From Anthoceros angustus (taxonomy: Eukaryota; Plantae; Anthocerotophyta): 64,000 bases of DNA. The stretch covers positions 1,860,001 to 1,924,000 of the forward strand of contig MU008163.1 in the NCBI GenBank assembly GCA_010909165.1. The letters are read 5' to 3'. Both the position numbers and the translations under genes were made by a program. Below are positions 36,501-48,161 of this stretch, piece after piece. Under the pieces are notes generated by a model. That model saw only the letters and a list, made by a program, of their open reading frames with translations. It searched no databases and had not been told where the DNA came from. Each line of letters opens with the position of its first letter. The first letter of the stretch is position 1.

Positions 36501-39500
36501 GCCAAGCCAAGCCAAGCAAGCAAGAATACGGGTGCTCATGGCTTGTTCCTCTTCCTTCCTTCCTTGCTTCCTTGCTTCCTTGCTTCTTGGAACTGGTCCG
36601 TCCTGGGTATCCGTTATCCGTTACACGGGACTGGTAACCCTAAGATCGCAGCTCGTACCAGGTGGGGTGGGCTACAAAGACAGCACCTGCGGGTGGTATA
36701 CGCGACGCGCGGGGTGGGGCGAGGGCGAACGGAACGGATATGGCGGTGGTGGCAACAGCGACGATTGAGTCGTGTCGTGGTAGGTACCGAGACGCCGATC
36801 ATTGCGTCTGGCTGGCGCATGCGGTTGCGATGGTGTTGGTATGTTTGTGTCCCTTTCCTTTCACGGTACATGTGCCCAGGATTATCAGTACGTACGTGGG
36901 TTCCATCAATGGCCTCGCGGAACGACACAGGATGGGATTTCGGGCCCGGGCACGCACCATTTCGTTGCTGGTTTTGTGGGCATTAGGGCGTTGTTCTTCC
37001 TTGTGGGCGATGGTGATGTCGCCTCTCGCCCCTCCGCCAACAATTTGTGGGTCTCTGTCACTTTTCGTGGGCGTTAGGGCATGTGGAGTTCATTCGGAAG
37101 CTCCTCTTCCTCGTTTGGTTTTCGAAAGTGCACGCATCGTTCTGAGTTGCAGGAGTTTTGAGAGGCTATGTACATAGTTGCGTGATTCGTGAATTTGTAG
37201 AGGTGCTGTACTCGCATTAGGGCAGCAGATTCCGTTTTCGCTCTCGTTTTTTTGTGGGCATTAGGGCGGTGGTACGTGCGGAAATCGTGTTCGTGGGCCA
37301 GTGGAAGCCGCAGCTGCGGGGAGGATAGTCACGGGGCCCACTCCCGACAGCTCCCCGTTGCTTGCGTCCAAACTCCCCTCATCCCGGGGCAAACCCTAAT
37401 GCCCACCAAAAGCCCATGTGCGCTTTTCGCAGTGGGCTTGGGCACAGATTAAAAAACTGCAAGATGCTCGACTTTCGATGGGGCTGGCGAGGCCACCGAA
37501 TTAATCATTGCAGGTTGGCGCCAGACAAAAGCTGGTGCAACACCAACTGTAGGCAGGCGTTTAAAATTCTATCCATCCATGCCCATAGCACAAAATGTGT
37601 GCATCGTATTCACGAATCACGGACCGGACCCTGCCCTGTTCTGTTCTGTTGCGTTGCCTTGGATACCAGCGTCCTGCTGCTCTCCTGCTGCTGCTGTGCA
37701 GTAGGATTCAACCAAGACGCCCACTTTCCTCCCTCACCCCGGATCCTCCTTCCCTTGCTTGCATGTCCACTGCTGTGCAATTTTGTCCCAGCCGGTCGGT
37801 TGTGGTAGTGTCCATCTATGTACCTCGGACCCAATAGATCCCTTCAATCCTTGTCCACTCCAACACACTCCCCCCTTCTTCCCCTGCCCACTTGGATTCT
37901 TCTTTTAATTTTTCAATCCAAATCTCCGGGTACGCTACACACCACCCACCATTTTTACTAACCATGAATCTTCTCAATTGAAATTCCCGCATAAAATTTC
38001 TAACAGGTGCATGAATTACAGCATCCCTCCTCCACCACCGCGTCACCCCTCAAACATACATGTTCAAATGTAGGATTTAAACATAGAAATCAAGAGTGAC
38101 ATCTATTAACACAGCACATAGCAAATTGTAATTTGATCCAAAATATTTCTATAACCTTTCAACAAACATTCATGTTTCTTCGGTCATCAAAAAGTCAAGG
38201 TAGAGTGTGACAGTAGAGACTGACATACTACTACAGCTGGAGTCCTTCGGACCTCCCAACCCGATGGTCTATTCCTTTCGTGTCTCAATAATGTCAGTCC
38301 TTCCGACCTACGTATCATGTGATATACGTCTCTGTCTGAAAAAGATTGCAGAGTACCAAAATTTGAACCACCATGAATGTGTCTGAATATTCAAACTAAT
38401 ATTGAAAAAATGTAGCAAATTTCTATAAAGGTAAAGGTGTATGCTCAGAGAAAGATATGGTAAGTACAATACATACGTAACTCGGGACCTACGGCTTTTT
38501 GTGCCTTACCCATGGATATGCCGCATGTGTGTCTTTTTTTTCATGCAAGAACCTTTTATCTCCACCATGTTTTAAGTGTAACTTGAATTGATAGAAATAA
38601 TGATCTTATAAAGCATATTTGAACAATAACAAGAATCATTTCAATCTAAAATTTAATAATTATAAATTTATTGAAGTGCTAAGCATCATCATTGATAAAT
38701 TCATAGAATAATTTATAAGAATGCCGATAAACCTAAACAAAAATCGTCCATCTTCCAAGAAAAAGTGTCATATTCTATTATAATGGATTGCAAATATTAA
38801 GATATGAGTATAATTGTTTAAAAAAAGGTCCTAAGTACACAAGCACGGAAGAAATGAGAGAGCATGTTCTACATGAGAATCTTTATGAAAGTCTAAATAT
38901 TTTGTTATGACGTTGGAATGTCATGATCCCATGCCACTTGAACAAGTGGATAGATTGATACATCAATGCAAGGCTCTCCGTCTACCTATGTATCATAGCA
39001 GTACATAAATTAATTTTTTTTAAATCAAATATGTATGTATATTTTATCTATTCTTCTCATGAAGAGGATTTAGTTGACAGAATAACTTAGTGCTCGACAT
39101 CCAATACCAACATAATACTAGTGCTCTTCTGGTCTAATACTGACACACTAATATGAGAATCAAAGATTGCGATTCGGAGGGAGAGTTAATTGGGTGTGAA
39201 TAGACCCCAGCTAGCTAGCTAGCTGTATGACACAAGAAGAGCAGAATTATGTGTGTGATAAGCATCGAAATACGCGAATCGTGTTCTGGGAATCTAGTTT
39301 GTTTGTTGTCCAGACTAGAGGGGCCGGAATGGTGGTATACAACATTTTGAAATTATAATAATGTAAAATATGCAAAAGGTGTGGCGAATGTGAGCCGGCG
39401 GTGCCACAAGGCGGCGGGAGAAGCCTCGTCGATAATCGGCGGACGCCAGCCACGTCCCCGCGGCCCCGTCCAGGCTTCCTCCAATTTCTGTCTTAGCACG

Positions 39501-39696
39501 ATTTAAGTCAAAGCGGATAGGATAGCCTGGCTTAGCCGGCGGTCCCGACGTCCCGACGTCCCGACGGGTCCGGCCGGTTGCCGGTATGTGTGTGGGCGCT
39601 GCCCGCTGCCCGCTGCCCGAAGCTGCCCGAAGCTGCCCGGGTGAAGCTGCCCGGGTCGCGCTTTCAGTTTAGCAAGGCTGCCAGGGCAGGGGACTG

Positions 39697-40240
39697 GTGA
39701 GATGTTCGGTTGTCTCTCTCCTCGAGAGATCGTGTCTGAACCCGTCTGATTTCGTCTCGTTTCTGAGTCGAGTGAGTCGTCTCGGACAGGACTCGGCTCG
39801 GCTCGGCTCGGCTCCTCTCGTTCCGGCCCGGGGCTCTTCCTTTTCTCAGTCGCCCTTCTCTCCCGCCTTGCTCAGCCTCGCCTCGCGTCTCGTGGCTCGC
39901 GTCTCGCTGGCCTCTCGTCTCTCGCGTCTCGAGTCTCCGGGGCCTTCGCCTTCGCCTTCGCCTCGTCGTCGGGTGTGGTCGGCGTCGCGTCTCGCATCGC
40001 CTCGTGCCGCTCCCAGCTGCTCGCTTCCCGCGCCGGTGTGTCCCGCCCGCGCCGCCTTGCTCCCGTTCCTGTCCGGTTCCGTTGCTCCTGCCCCGGCTCC
40101 GTTCCGCCCGCCCCTGCTCGCAGCTGGTGCAAGCCCTCCCCCGCCCCCGTGCTCGTCTTTGGGTTCTCGGGCTCCGGGCTCTGGCCCCTCGGCTCTGCTC
40201 CCGGTCGTGAGGAGCTCAGGTTTTGGTCCGTCGGGGGCTG
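39697..40240 (+). promoter_or_regulatory. Pyrimidine-rich, CG-rich region, probable transcription start and 5' leader of the + strand SPL gene
   Basis: ctcg/ctcgc-rich Y-patch-like tract upstream of a putative leader intron and the SPL coding region. Inferred only. Confidence 0.3.
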
Positions 40241-41261
40241 ACAATTGCCCATTGCCTCCTCCCGGGCTCAGCTGCAGTCGCCCAATTGGGCTCCCGAGCG
40301 AGAGCGCTTGGTGGGTTGTGAGCTTTGCTCTGTTTTGGTTTGTGGGTTTGTTTCGAGGTACCCTCTGTGCGTGTTTGTGTTTGTGGGTTGTGTGTCTGAG
40401 TGTGGGAGGGTGCGTCGCTGTGTGTGGTGTCGGAAGCTCGTGTTCTGGAAGGCGTGAGGGAATTTGGAACCCTGGAGGAGGCGGCAGGGTTTGAGGAGGA
40501 GCGACAGAATTAAGCAAGGAGCGGGGCGGCATTCTTTGGGACCCGGAATCTGGGCGATGCCTGTGAGGAATGGTTGGGTCATGAGGATACCGGATTGCGC
40601 AGCCGAATGAAGCCAGCCCACGTCTCCTTCCTTTTCCTCTCTTGCAACACATGATCTGGTCCATACCGAATCTGTAACAGCTCCCCTCTGCTGTCCCGTC
40701 ACAGCCCGCATTGCTGCGGCCTTCCTTGCTTCTCTGCTAGGTTGTGAAGCCTGTTGGTGCTGTGAGAGAGAGATCAGAAGAGAGGAAGCAGGAGGGTGCA
40801 GTGGGTGTAGGAGGAGTAGGAGTGGTATCACAGCTGCCTGTGGGGATGCTGGAGGGGCTTGCAGTCGGTTTGTCATGCGATCGCTTCAGGCACTCAATTC
40901 AGACTGTGTAAGCTCTAGCTGTAGCATAGACATCAGCCGGGGCAGCAGGCGGGGGCGGTACACCGGCCATCTCTTCCTGCTGCATCTGCTGGTGCTGCTC
41001 TCTCTGCCCCCGCTCCTCCCCCTCCTTCCCTTCTGCTTCTTCTTCCTCTCCTTCTCCTGCTGGTGCGCCAGGCAGAAATGTGACGCCATTCCTTCCCGTC
41101 TCCCAACCACAGCAGCTGTCACCTTTCCAGCATCAGCAGCACCCCGGGCCCTGGACCTGGACCTGCTCCTGCTCCTGCTCCTGCTCCCTTCTCTCGACCT
41201 GCTCCAGCAGCAGCAGCAGCAGCAGCCCACTTCCTCTCGGAGCTTGCAGCCGGTGGATGGG

Positions 41262-41876
41262 ATGAACCCGTCCACCAATCCCTCCGAGCAGCAGGGCGAC
41301 CCGAATTGGGGCACGGACGGCTGGGAGAACGCGACAACCGCAGGGCTGGAGGGGCGCGGGCAGTACCAGGGCAGCAGGTTGGAGTGGGACTGGGACAGCC
41401 AGCCCATGATCCTGGCAGCGGCTCAGCAGCAGCAGGGCGGCTCGTCTGCGGCAGCAGTATCGGGAGGACCCAACACCACCAACAACACCAGCAGCAACAG
41501 CAACAACACCAGCAGCAACAACAACAACACCAACATCAACAACAGCAGCGATGTGTGCGAGGAGCGTAAGTCGAGCCAGCAGCAGCAGCAGCAGATGAGC
41601 GCAGCAGCAACGTCCATGGCGTCGTCGCTGCGGGGGTACAACAGCCTGCTGTCCAGCCCGGGCTTCCCTGCCAATTTCGCCGGGAATCCGCTGGGCATCT
41701 TCAGCTCGGCGGGGATCCGGAGCTTCGGCATGGACGCCTCCTCCAGCCTGCCCTCCAACACCTCCTCCTCGGCCCTGCTGGGCCCGCTCGGGTCGAGCGG
41801 CATCCCGGGCCTCGCCGCCACCAGCGGAGGGCACGGCGACCTCCGATCCCTGGAGCAGCGCTACCGGGAACAGGTG

Positions 41877-41917
<41 letters not shown>

Positions 41918-44253
41918 GCAGCAGCAAGCAGCAGCAGCAGCAGCAGCATCACCACCACCACCACCACCACCACCATAGCCACGGCGCTCACAGCAGCCAT
42001 GGCGGCCATGCCCACAGCCTGGCCGTGAAGCAGGAGGACGTGAGCGTGGTGGGCGGTGGCAACGCTACGGCGGCGGCAGCGAGATCGGGCATGGCAGGAT
42101 CGGGCTGAATCTGGGCGTGCGGACCTACTTCTCCACCGAGGACACGGCGGCGGGGCGCATGGGCCGCCGCCATCGCGCCAACTCCCCCGGCTCTCAGGTC
42201 CCGATGTGCCAGGCCGAGGGCTGCCGCGCCGATCTCAGCCAGGCCAAGCACTACCATCGCCGCCACAAGGTGTGCGAATTGCACTCCAAGGCCGCCAATG
42301 TCATCGCCGCCGGCCACACCCAGCGCTTCTGTCAGCAATGCAGCAGGTGGGTCATGTGCTTCCTCCTCTCTCGCCCACACCCAACTTCCTAGGCCTGCAA
42401 TGCAAGCAAGGAAAGGAATCCAATGTCCCTCGCATCGGAATGCTCTTCTGCTGTGCGGTGCTGTGCTGTGCTGTGCTGACCTGACTGTGCTGTGCTGTAA
42501 TCTGCTGAGCTGAGAGATGAGCTGCTTGCGTCCTTCCCCACGCTTGCCTTTGTTTTCATGCATGTCTTGTTGTGCGTCGCCTCCTTGTTTTCTGCGTACC
42601 AGCCAACCTGCTGCTGCTCCCATTTTTCTACTCTTGTTGTGCTTAAAATATGATGTCATCGCATGTTTCTTGCCTTCATTTCCTTCCACATCTGCATTGC
42701 AATGCCATGCAGTGCAGGTCCCGGGGAGGGCAGATATTCACGTTGCCGATCTGATTTGGGTGCGATGCACTGCTCTTGTATGTATTTCGATGCTAATCGG
42801 GTCCCATCCTGATCGATGCCTGTTGCCTGTTGCCTGATGTCGATGCTGCTGCAGGTTCCATCTGCTGTCGGAATTCGATGAGGGCAAGAGGAGCTGCCGC
42901 AAGCGGCTGGCGGACCACAACCGGCGGCGGCGCAAACCGCAGCCCACGGTCTCGGCGGGCGGGACCTCGGGGGAGTCCATGTCCGGCATGGTCAAGGTGG
43001 AAGACGCAGATCATCCAGGCAACGCTCGGGTGAACGTGAACGTGAACGGTAAAACTGAGACGTCTCATTTTCTGCTTTCTGCGTCTTCTTCTTCTTCGTC
43101 CTCATCATCTTCTCCTTCTTGCAACCCTGCATCGATCGAGCCAGACAGACATCCCCTTCTCCCCGGATCTGCAGGTTCAGGAGGCCCTTTGCACCGATCA
43201 GCTCCAGGGTATGTGCGGCCGGATGAGAGGATGCAGTCGATCATGCTGCCAGGTAACACACCCATGAAACCATGAAACGTGAAACGTGCTGCTGCTTTTC
43301 CTCTGCTGTGAGACGTGAACGAGTTTGAACGCAACTGCAACTGCCTTGATGTGCAAGCAGAGCGAACAAAGCAAGGAAAGCACAGCGGGAGGAAAGAAGC
43401 AAAGCTTGCTCGCTTGCTTGCGTCTTTCCTTCTTTCCTTCTGAACTGGACTGAACTGAGCTGAAGTGCGTTGCTTTGTTGTTGTTGCTGTTGTTTCTGGA
43501 ACATGGACGACAGGTGGGCTGGCTCTGGGAACCCAAGGGCGGCAGGCGAGCTCGGACAGCTACAACGGGGTGCAACCGGGAGTTCCATGGCTGAGGCCGA
43601 TCGGGGCCCGGGCGGCGGAGACCATGTCGGGGCAGAGCATTCCGAGGCCGGCCATGAGCCTGCAGCCGGGGCCGGGCTCGGGGGGGAGCGTGAACGTGAA
43701 CGTGACGGTGAACGACGGATCCAGCGCAGCCCAGGTGTACTCGCAGACTCTGCTGGCCAGCGCGATTCCGTCCAGGTCCGACATGGGGGGCTCGGACCAG
43801 TGGATGCTGGGGAGCTTGCAGGCAGCGCAGGCGCAGGCTCAGGCTCAGGCTCAGGCTCAGGCCCAGGCTCAGGCTCAGGCTCAGGCTCAGGCCCAGGCCC
43901 AGGCCCAGGCCCAGGGGCAGGGACAAGGACAAGGGCAGCAAGGACAGGGACAGGGACAGGGACAGGGAAGCAGCAACCGAGAGCAGCAGCAGCAGCAGCT
44001 GGAGAGCAGCCAGATGCTGCCGCTGCTGGGATCTGAGTCCCGGACCTCGGCAGATTCCAACCAGACTGCCCGATCTGCAGTCGAGTTCCTCCACCAGCAG
44101 CAGCAGCAGCAGTCGGGGTCTGAGACCACGGATGGCACCCGCTCCGCCGGCGCCACCACCCAGGCAGAGATCAAGTACCCGGATCTGCAGGCCCTGGCTC
44201 GCCCATTCGGCTCCTCCTCCATAATCTATGACTCGCAACACAATATTTTGTAA
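41262..44253 (+). CDS. SPL: SBP-box transcription factor, SPL8-like (SPL-A), 4 exons; exon 1 has two apparent compensating frameshifts
   Basis: [17 protein letters not shown] precedes the SBP domain [28 protein letters not shown]...RFCQQCSR|[29 protein letters not shown]. Exons 41262-42346, 42855-about 43048, about 43173-43251, about 43515-44253. An in-frame TAG lies at 41976-41978 in the assembled sequence. Confidence 0.9.
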
Positions 44254-47200
44254 GCTGCATGCCAATCACGTGATTTTTTGTCGCTGGTATGCTCTCTTCT
44301 TCCTCTCCTTCTCTCACATCTGATCATGCTTGAATGGATGTCTTCACAACTGTATGTGTGGATGGGTGAAGGATATGTACTGTAGCTCTGCTCCGTCCTC
44401 ATATGTCATCTTTGCTGATATACTTATCGAGGCTGCGTGTTACCGATCCTCTGATATCTGTGATGCTGGGTTTATGCTTGAGCAGGACTAATGGAGTGTC
44501 TCATTTCATGGTGGGGTGAGAAGCGGCCACCTCAAAATCCAGGCAAGTTCCGGCTGCATTCATTCCGGTACAAGCATTGATTTTTGGGTCTGGGTCCGGG
44601 TTCCGACCATGATCAATGCTTCCCGTGTGTCGCTTTCCTCATCAGTCTCAGTCTCGGTCTCAGTCGGGCAATCACAGTCTAGGACCCCCTTCCATAGACT
44701 CCGTTGTTGTTGTTGTCACTGTAAAACTGTCGTCCTTGGTAAATGCAATGTATGTATCTCTTTTCCGAGTTCTGCAAGGCTGCTGAGCAGACGATGGTAA
44801 CTTGCGTGTGTCTCGTGGACTGCTCTTGCAGGTAGGGGGCAGGAGCAACCGAGGTTCAATCTGACCGACCAAGGGCCTGTGGGCGATCTTGCTTAGTTAG
44901 AAACAGCCTGCATGCATTTCTCGGTGAAGTTTTTGGAGTCTCTGAAGCTGGTTGCTCTCGCACAGACAATCGCCCCCGACACCTGACTCTAAGTATATTT
45001 ATGAATGACTGACTGACTCTTGACACCATGATCCGCTCGGACGAACTTTGCTCCCGAACTCGCATCATGCACACAACTGGGTGACCATATTCTGTTGAAC
45101 ATGAGCAGAAGCAGGCGTAGGTCATACATGCGTGAAAATCCCACACCCACTTATCTGTAGACAGACAAATTCATTGTCTTGTGCTGCTTGCAACATAGAT
45201 ACACAGGAGATCTTCCTTCCTCGCTTCGTTCCTGCTGCCTTCGGTTCCAGAGACTTGGGGACTGACTGCCTTGCAGCAGCAGGCTCTCAAAATCCCAACC
45301 AACCTTGACTGCAGAGGAAGTGGCAGAAAGGGAATAATGTCTGCTAATGAGGTTATTCCTCCGACCACCTTCCTCCTCCCAGACCTTCCTGCTGGCCCGC
45401 CACCATCTCACAGGTGGGGTAGCTGAGGCGGGCTGGGCTGGGGCCCAGCCAGGGCATGCAAGTACAGCCGATTGCCCACCTGGCATGGGTGGTTTGGCAA
45501 AGCCGCCATAGCTGGGAAGTCATCCGAGCTTAGGAGGCAAATCATAAAGTTTTGGTTGCGACTTCACACCTTCACGTCCTTCTTGTTTTGCGTAAAACTG
45601 CAGCAAGAGGCAAGAGCAGAGCTTGGGGAGAGGAGACAAGACAGGAGTGGGGCAGTCTAGGGCACAGCTCAAATTCGGGGGCTTGAGAGGCAGGCAACAA
45701 CTTGAGGCAGAGGGAGAGGCAGAGAGGCAGCGGGAAAGGCACAAGAGGATATCTTTGTCTATCTCAAGTGGGTAAGCTCGAAAAGCAAAGCGTGGCCCCC
45801 ACTCACGAGGACTGTGTGTACTGACCTTGCTGCCTGTACTGCACTGGAGCTTGTACCGCCATGGGCCTGCCTGAATGGACTGCTCGGAAGGCCGATCAGG
45901 CATGCCATTTGGTGGATGTACATTCCGAGGCTGCTTTATTATGCTATCTCTTGAGCACCACTGCGCTTTCGCCATCGCCAATGATTCCAACCAGCTCACT
46001 CTAACTGGCCACAACAAACCGGACTTCAGGCAAGGCAAGGCAAGGTAAGGCAAGGCAAGGCAAGGCAAGGCAAGCGGAAGGGGAAGGGGACACATGCTCC
46101 GACCATGACCCTGACCATGACCATAGAGTCCATGGAAGCTGTGCCCAAGTACAAGGGCCATGTGGCAACCCATTCTGCCTCCGTCCACCTATCCACCCAG
46201 CCCTGTCTTGTTCACGAGAAGAGCCGGCCTGGAGCAAGAGCGGGGATCTGTAGATCTGTATCCCCACAGTGCATAGCGTATTTTAAGGCCTAGTACGACT
46301 TGGACACATTTTGCTCGTTGACCCTGTAGATTACACTTCATTGCATGATCCCCTGCTCGCTTTACCAGTACCCTCTATTGCATGAAGGCGGAAAGGGGAG
46401 GAAGGTGGGTGCAAGCAACCATGCCAGCCAGCCAGCCAGCCAGCCAGCAAGCCATCTTTTTACCTTTTTCTGTGTTTGCTGCTTTACAGACCTGCACTGG
46501 CCTTTTGTGGCAAGCCTCACGGCACAGTGTGCTTCCTGGGGAGAGAGTGAGGTTATGCATGTTGGTTTTGTTTGTTGTCGTTGTTTGTTGATGTTGTTGA
46601 GAAGCAGCAGGTGTTGGTTTGCATCGAATGGCGTGTACCACTAGGGCACCAGTTGGTTGGGATTGATGGTGGCGAGGCCATGCCAGACAAGAAACAGCAT
46701 GCATGTGTGTGTTTGTGTGTGTCTATGTGTGTGTGCACAGTGAGTGTGTTGTATTTATCTCTATCTCTGTGCAGCAAAACAGAGCCTCTTAGTGACTAGT
46801 GACGTGAGACCTTCTACCAGTTTCCACATAGATACTGGCAGAGATACAGAGAGAGAAGCCAGTTCCCTGAACAAGCTAGCATGGAAGATATGGTTACTGG
46901 GCAGACATTCTTCGGTGACTTACAGAGACCTTCACCTGCCGCTTCGTATTTATTTCGTGGCGTGGCCTCACTGTTCCTCGAACATTGGGCTGGAATACAT
47001 GTACACAACAATTCCCCGGCGGCAACGTATGGCAACCTGGAAATCTGTTTCGAGTGCCAGCCTTGGGAGGCGGTCTATGCCTGTTGCCTGTTGCCTGTTT
47101 TGGATCAACTTGTGCTGCATCTTCCTCGGTGCTTGTCAGAACAGATGATGGTACATCATCCACTTCCTCTGTCTCTCCGTCTGTCCGTTCGCCTGACCCA

Positions 47201-47732
47201 ACAGTATGACGGGTCGGGATACGGAAACGTGATTGCAATCATCACAAGAGTTCTTATAACACCGCTTGTGTGTGAAGTGAAGAAATTTAGCTTGCTTGCA
47301 AACTCGAGTTCAGGGTCTCTTGTTTTGAGAATCATCACATATCAACCTTCCTTTAAGGAGGGCACGCCGCGAAGTGACACCCACTGTTCTCTTCTCACGT
47401 CGCAGCAAAAACTAGGTCTAGATCATGGTACAATGGGGGAGACTGATAGAGGAATCAGTCTCAAGAATTGATGACGAGGAAATGTGTCTGCTACTTGACT
47501 GACACAGATTTGCGGAAAAAGGTACAACGCATATACAACAACACAGCTGACAGAGAGACTTAAGCCGGGCTCCTGCGATACACATGAGCATCGTGATATG
47601 CAGCAGAACCTTGATAAAGAACGTGCAACCACGAAACCCACAAAAAAAACTGTATCGCATTACAAAAGACAATAGTACTTAAGTAGATGTAACCATGGTC
47701 CTGCGACAGGCCCCGGAAATATTGGCAGCACT

Positions 47733-47733
<1 letters not shown>

Positions 47734-47790
<57 letters not shown>
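47734..47790. repeat. (CA)n microsatellite
   Basis: Uninterrupted ca run. Confidence 0.95.
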
Positions 47791-47792
<2 letters not shown>

Positions 47793-48161
47793 GGCAATAC
47801 TCAAGGGTTGCTGCCTGCTAGAAAATTCAGAAGAAAGCCAAGCAAGAACAACACAAAAAGAACAAGGAAAACCAAAACCGCAGCTTTGGTCTGCAACATA
47901 GTATTCGGAAAACTAGTCTTGCCCATCGTCACAAGCAAAAAAAACTTGAGGGACTATCACTTTGAGATGCCAAATAGCAGAGCAAGACCATACAACAACA
48001 CCAGCAACAAAAGCAACCAGCCAAGCCGACGATCAGTTCCGTTAAATGTCAGCTGCAGATCTAGGCTACAGGATATGCAGCTTCACTCAGGCGAAGTTTA
48101 CCCCAAGAAAAAAGCTAGGAAGCAGGCAAGATAGCGGCAAATCTGATGAGAAAGGACAGTA

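Noticed and set aside
39697-40876. 265-, 272- and 202-aa ORFs upstream of SPL-A
   Set aside because: Low-complexity GC-rich leader and intron sequence, open on both strands, with no recognisable protein features.
40875-41261. 129-aa in-frame N-terminal extension of SPL-A
   Set aside because: It reads through a pyrimidine tract ending in gccag that looks like an intron 3' end. The ATG at 41262 is the more plausible start, but this is not proven.
43198-44265. 355-aa antisense ORF and similar antisense ORFs over NPF, SDR and SPL-B
   Set aside because: Shadow frames of GC-rich or repeat-rich real exons.
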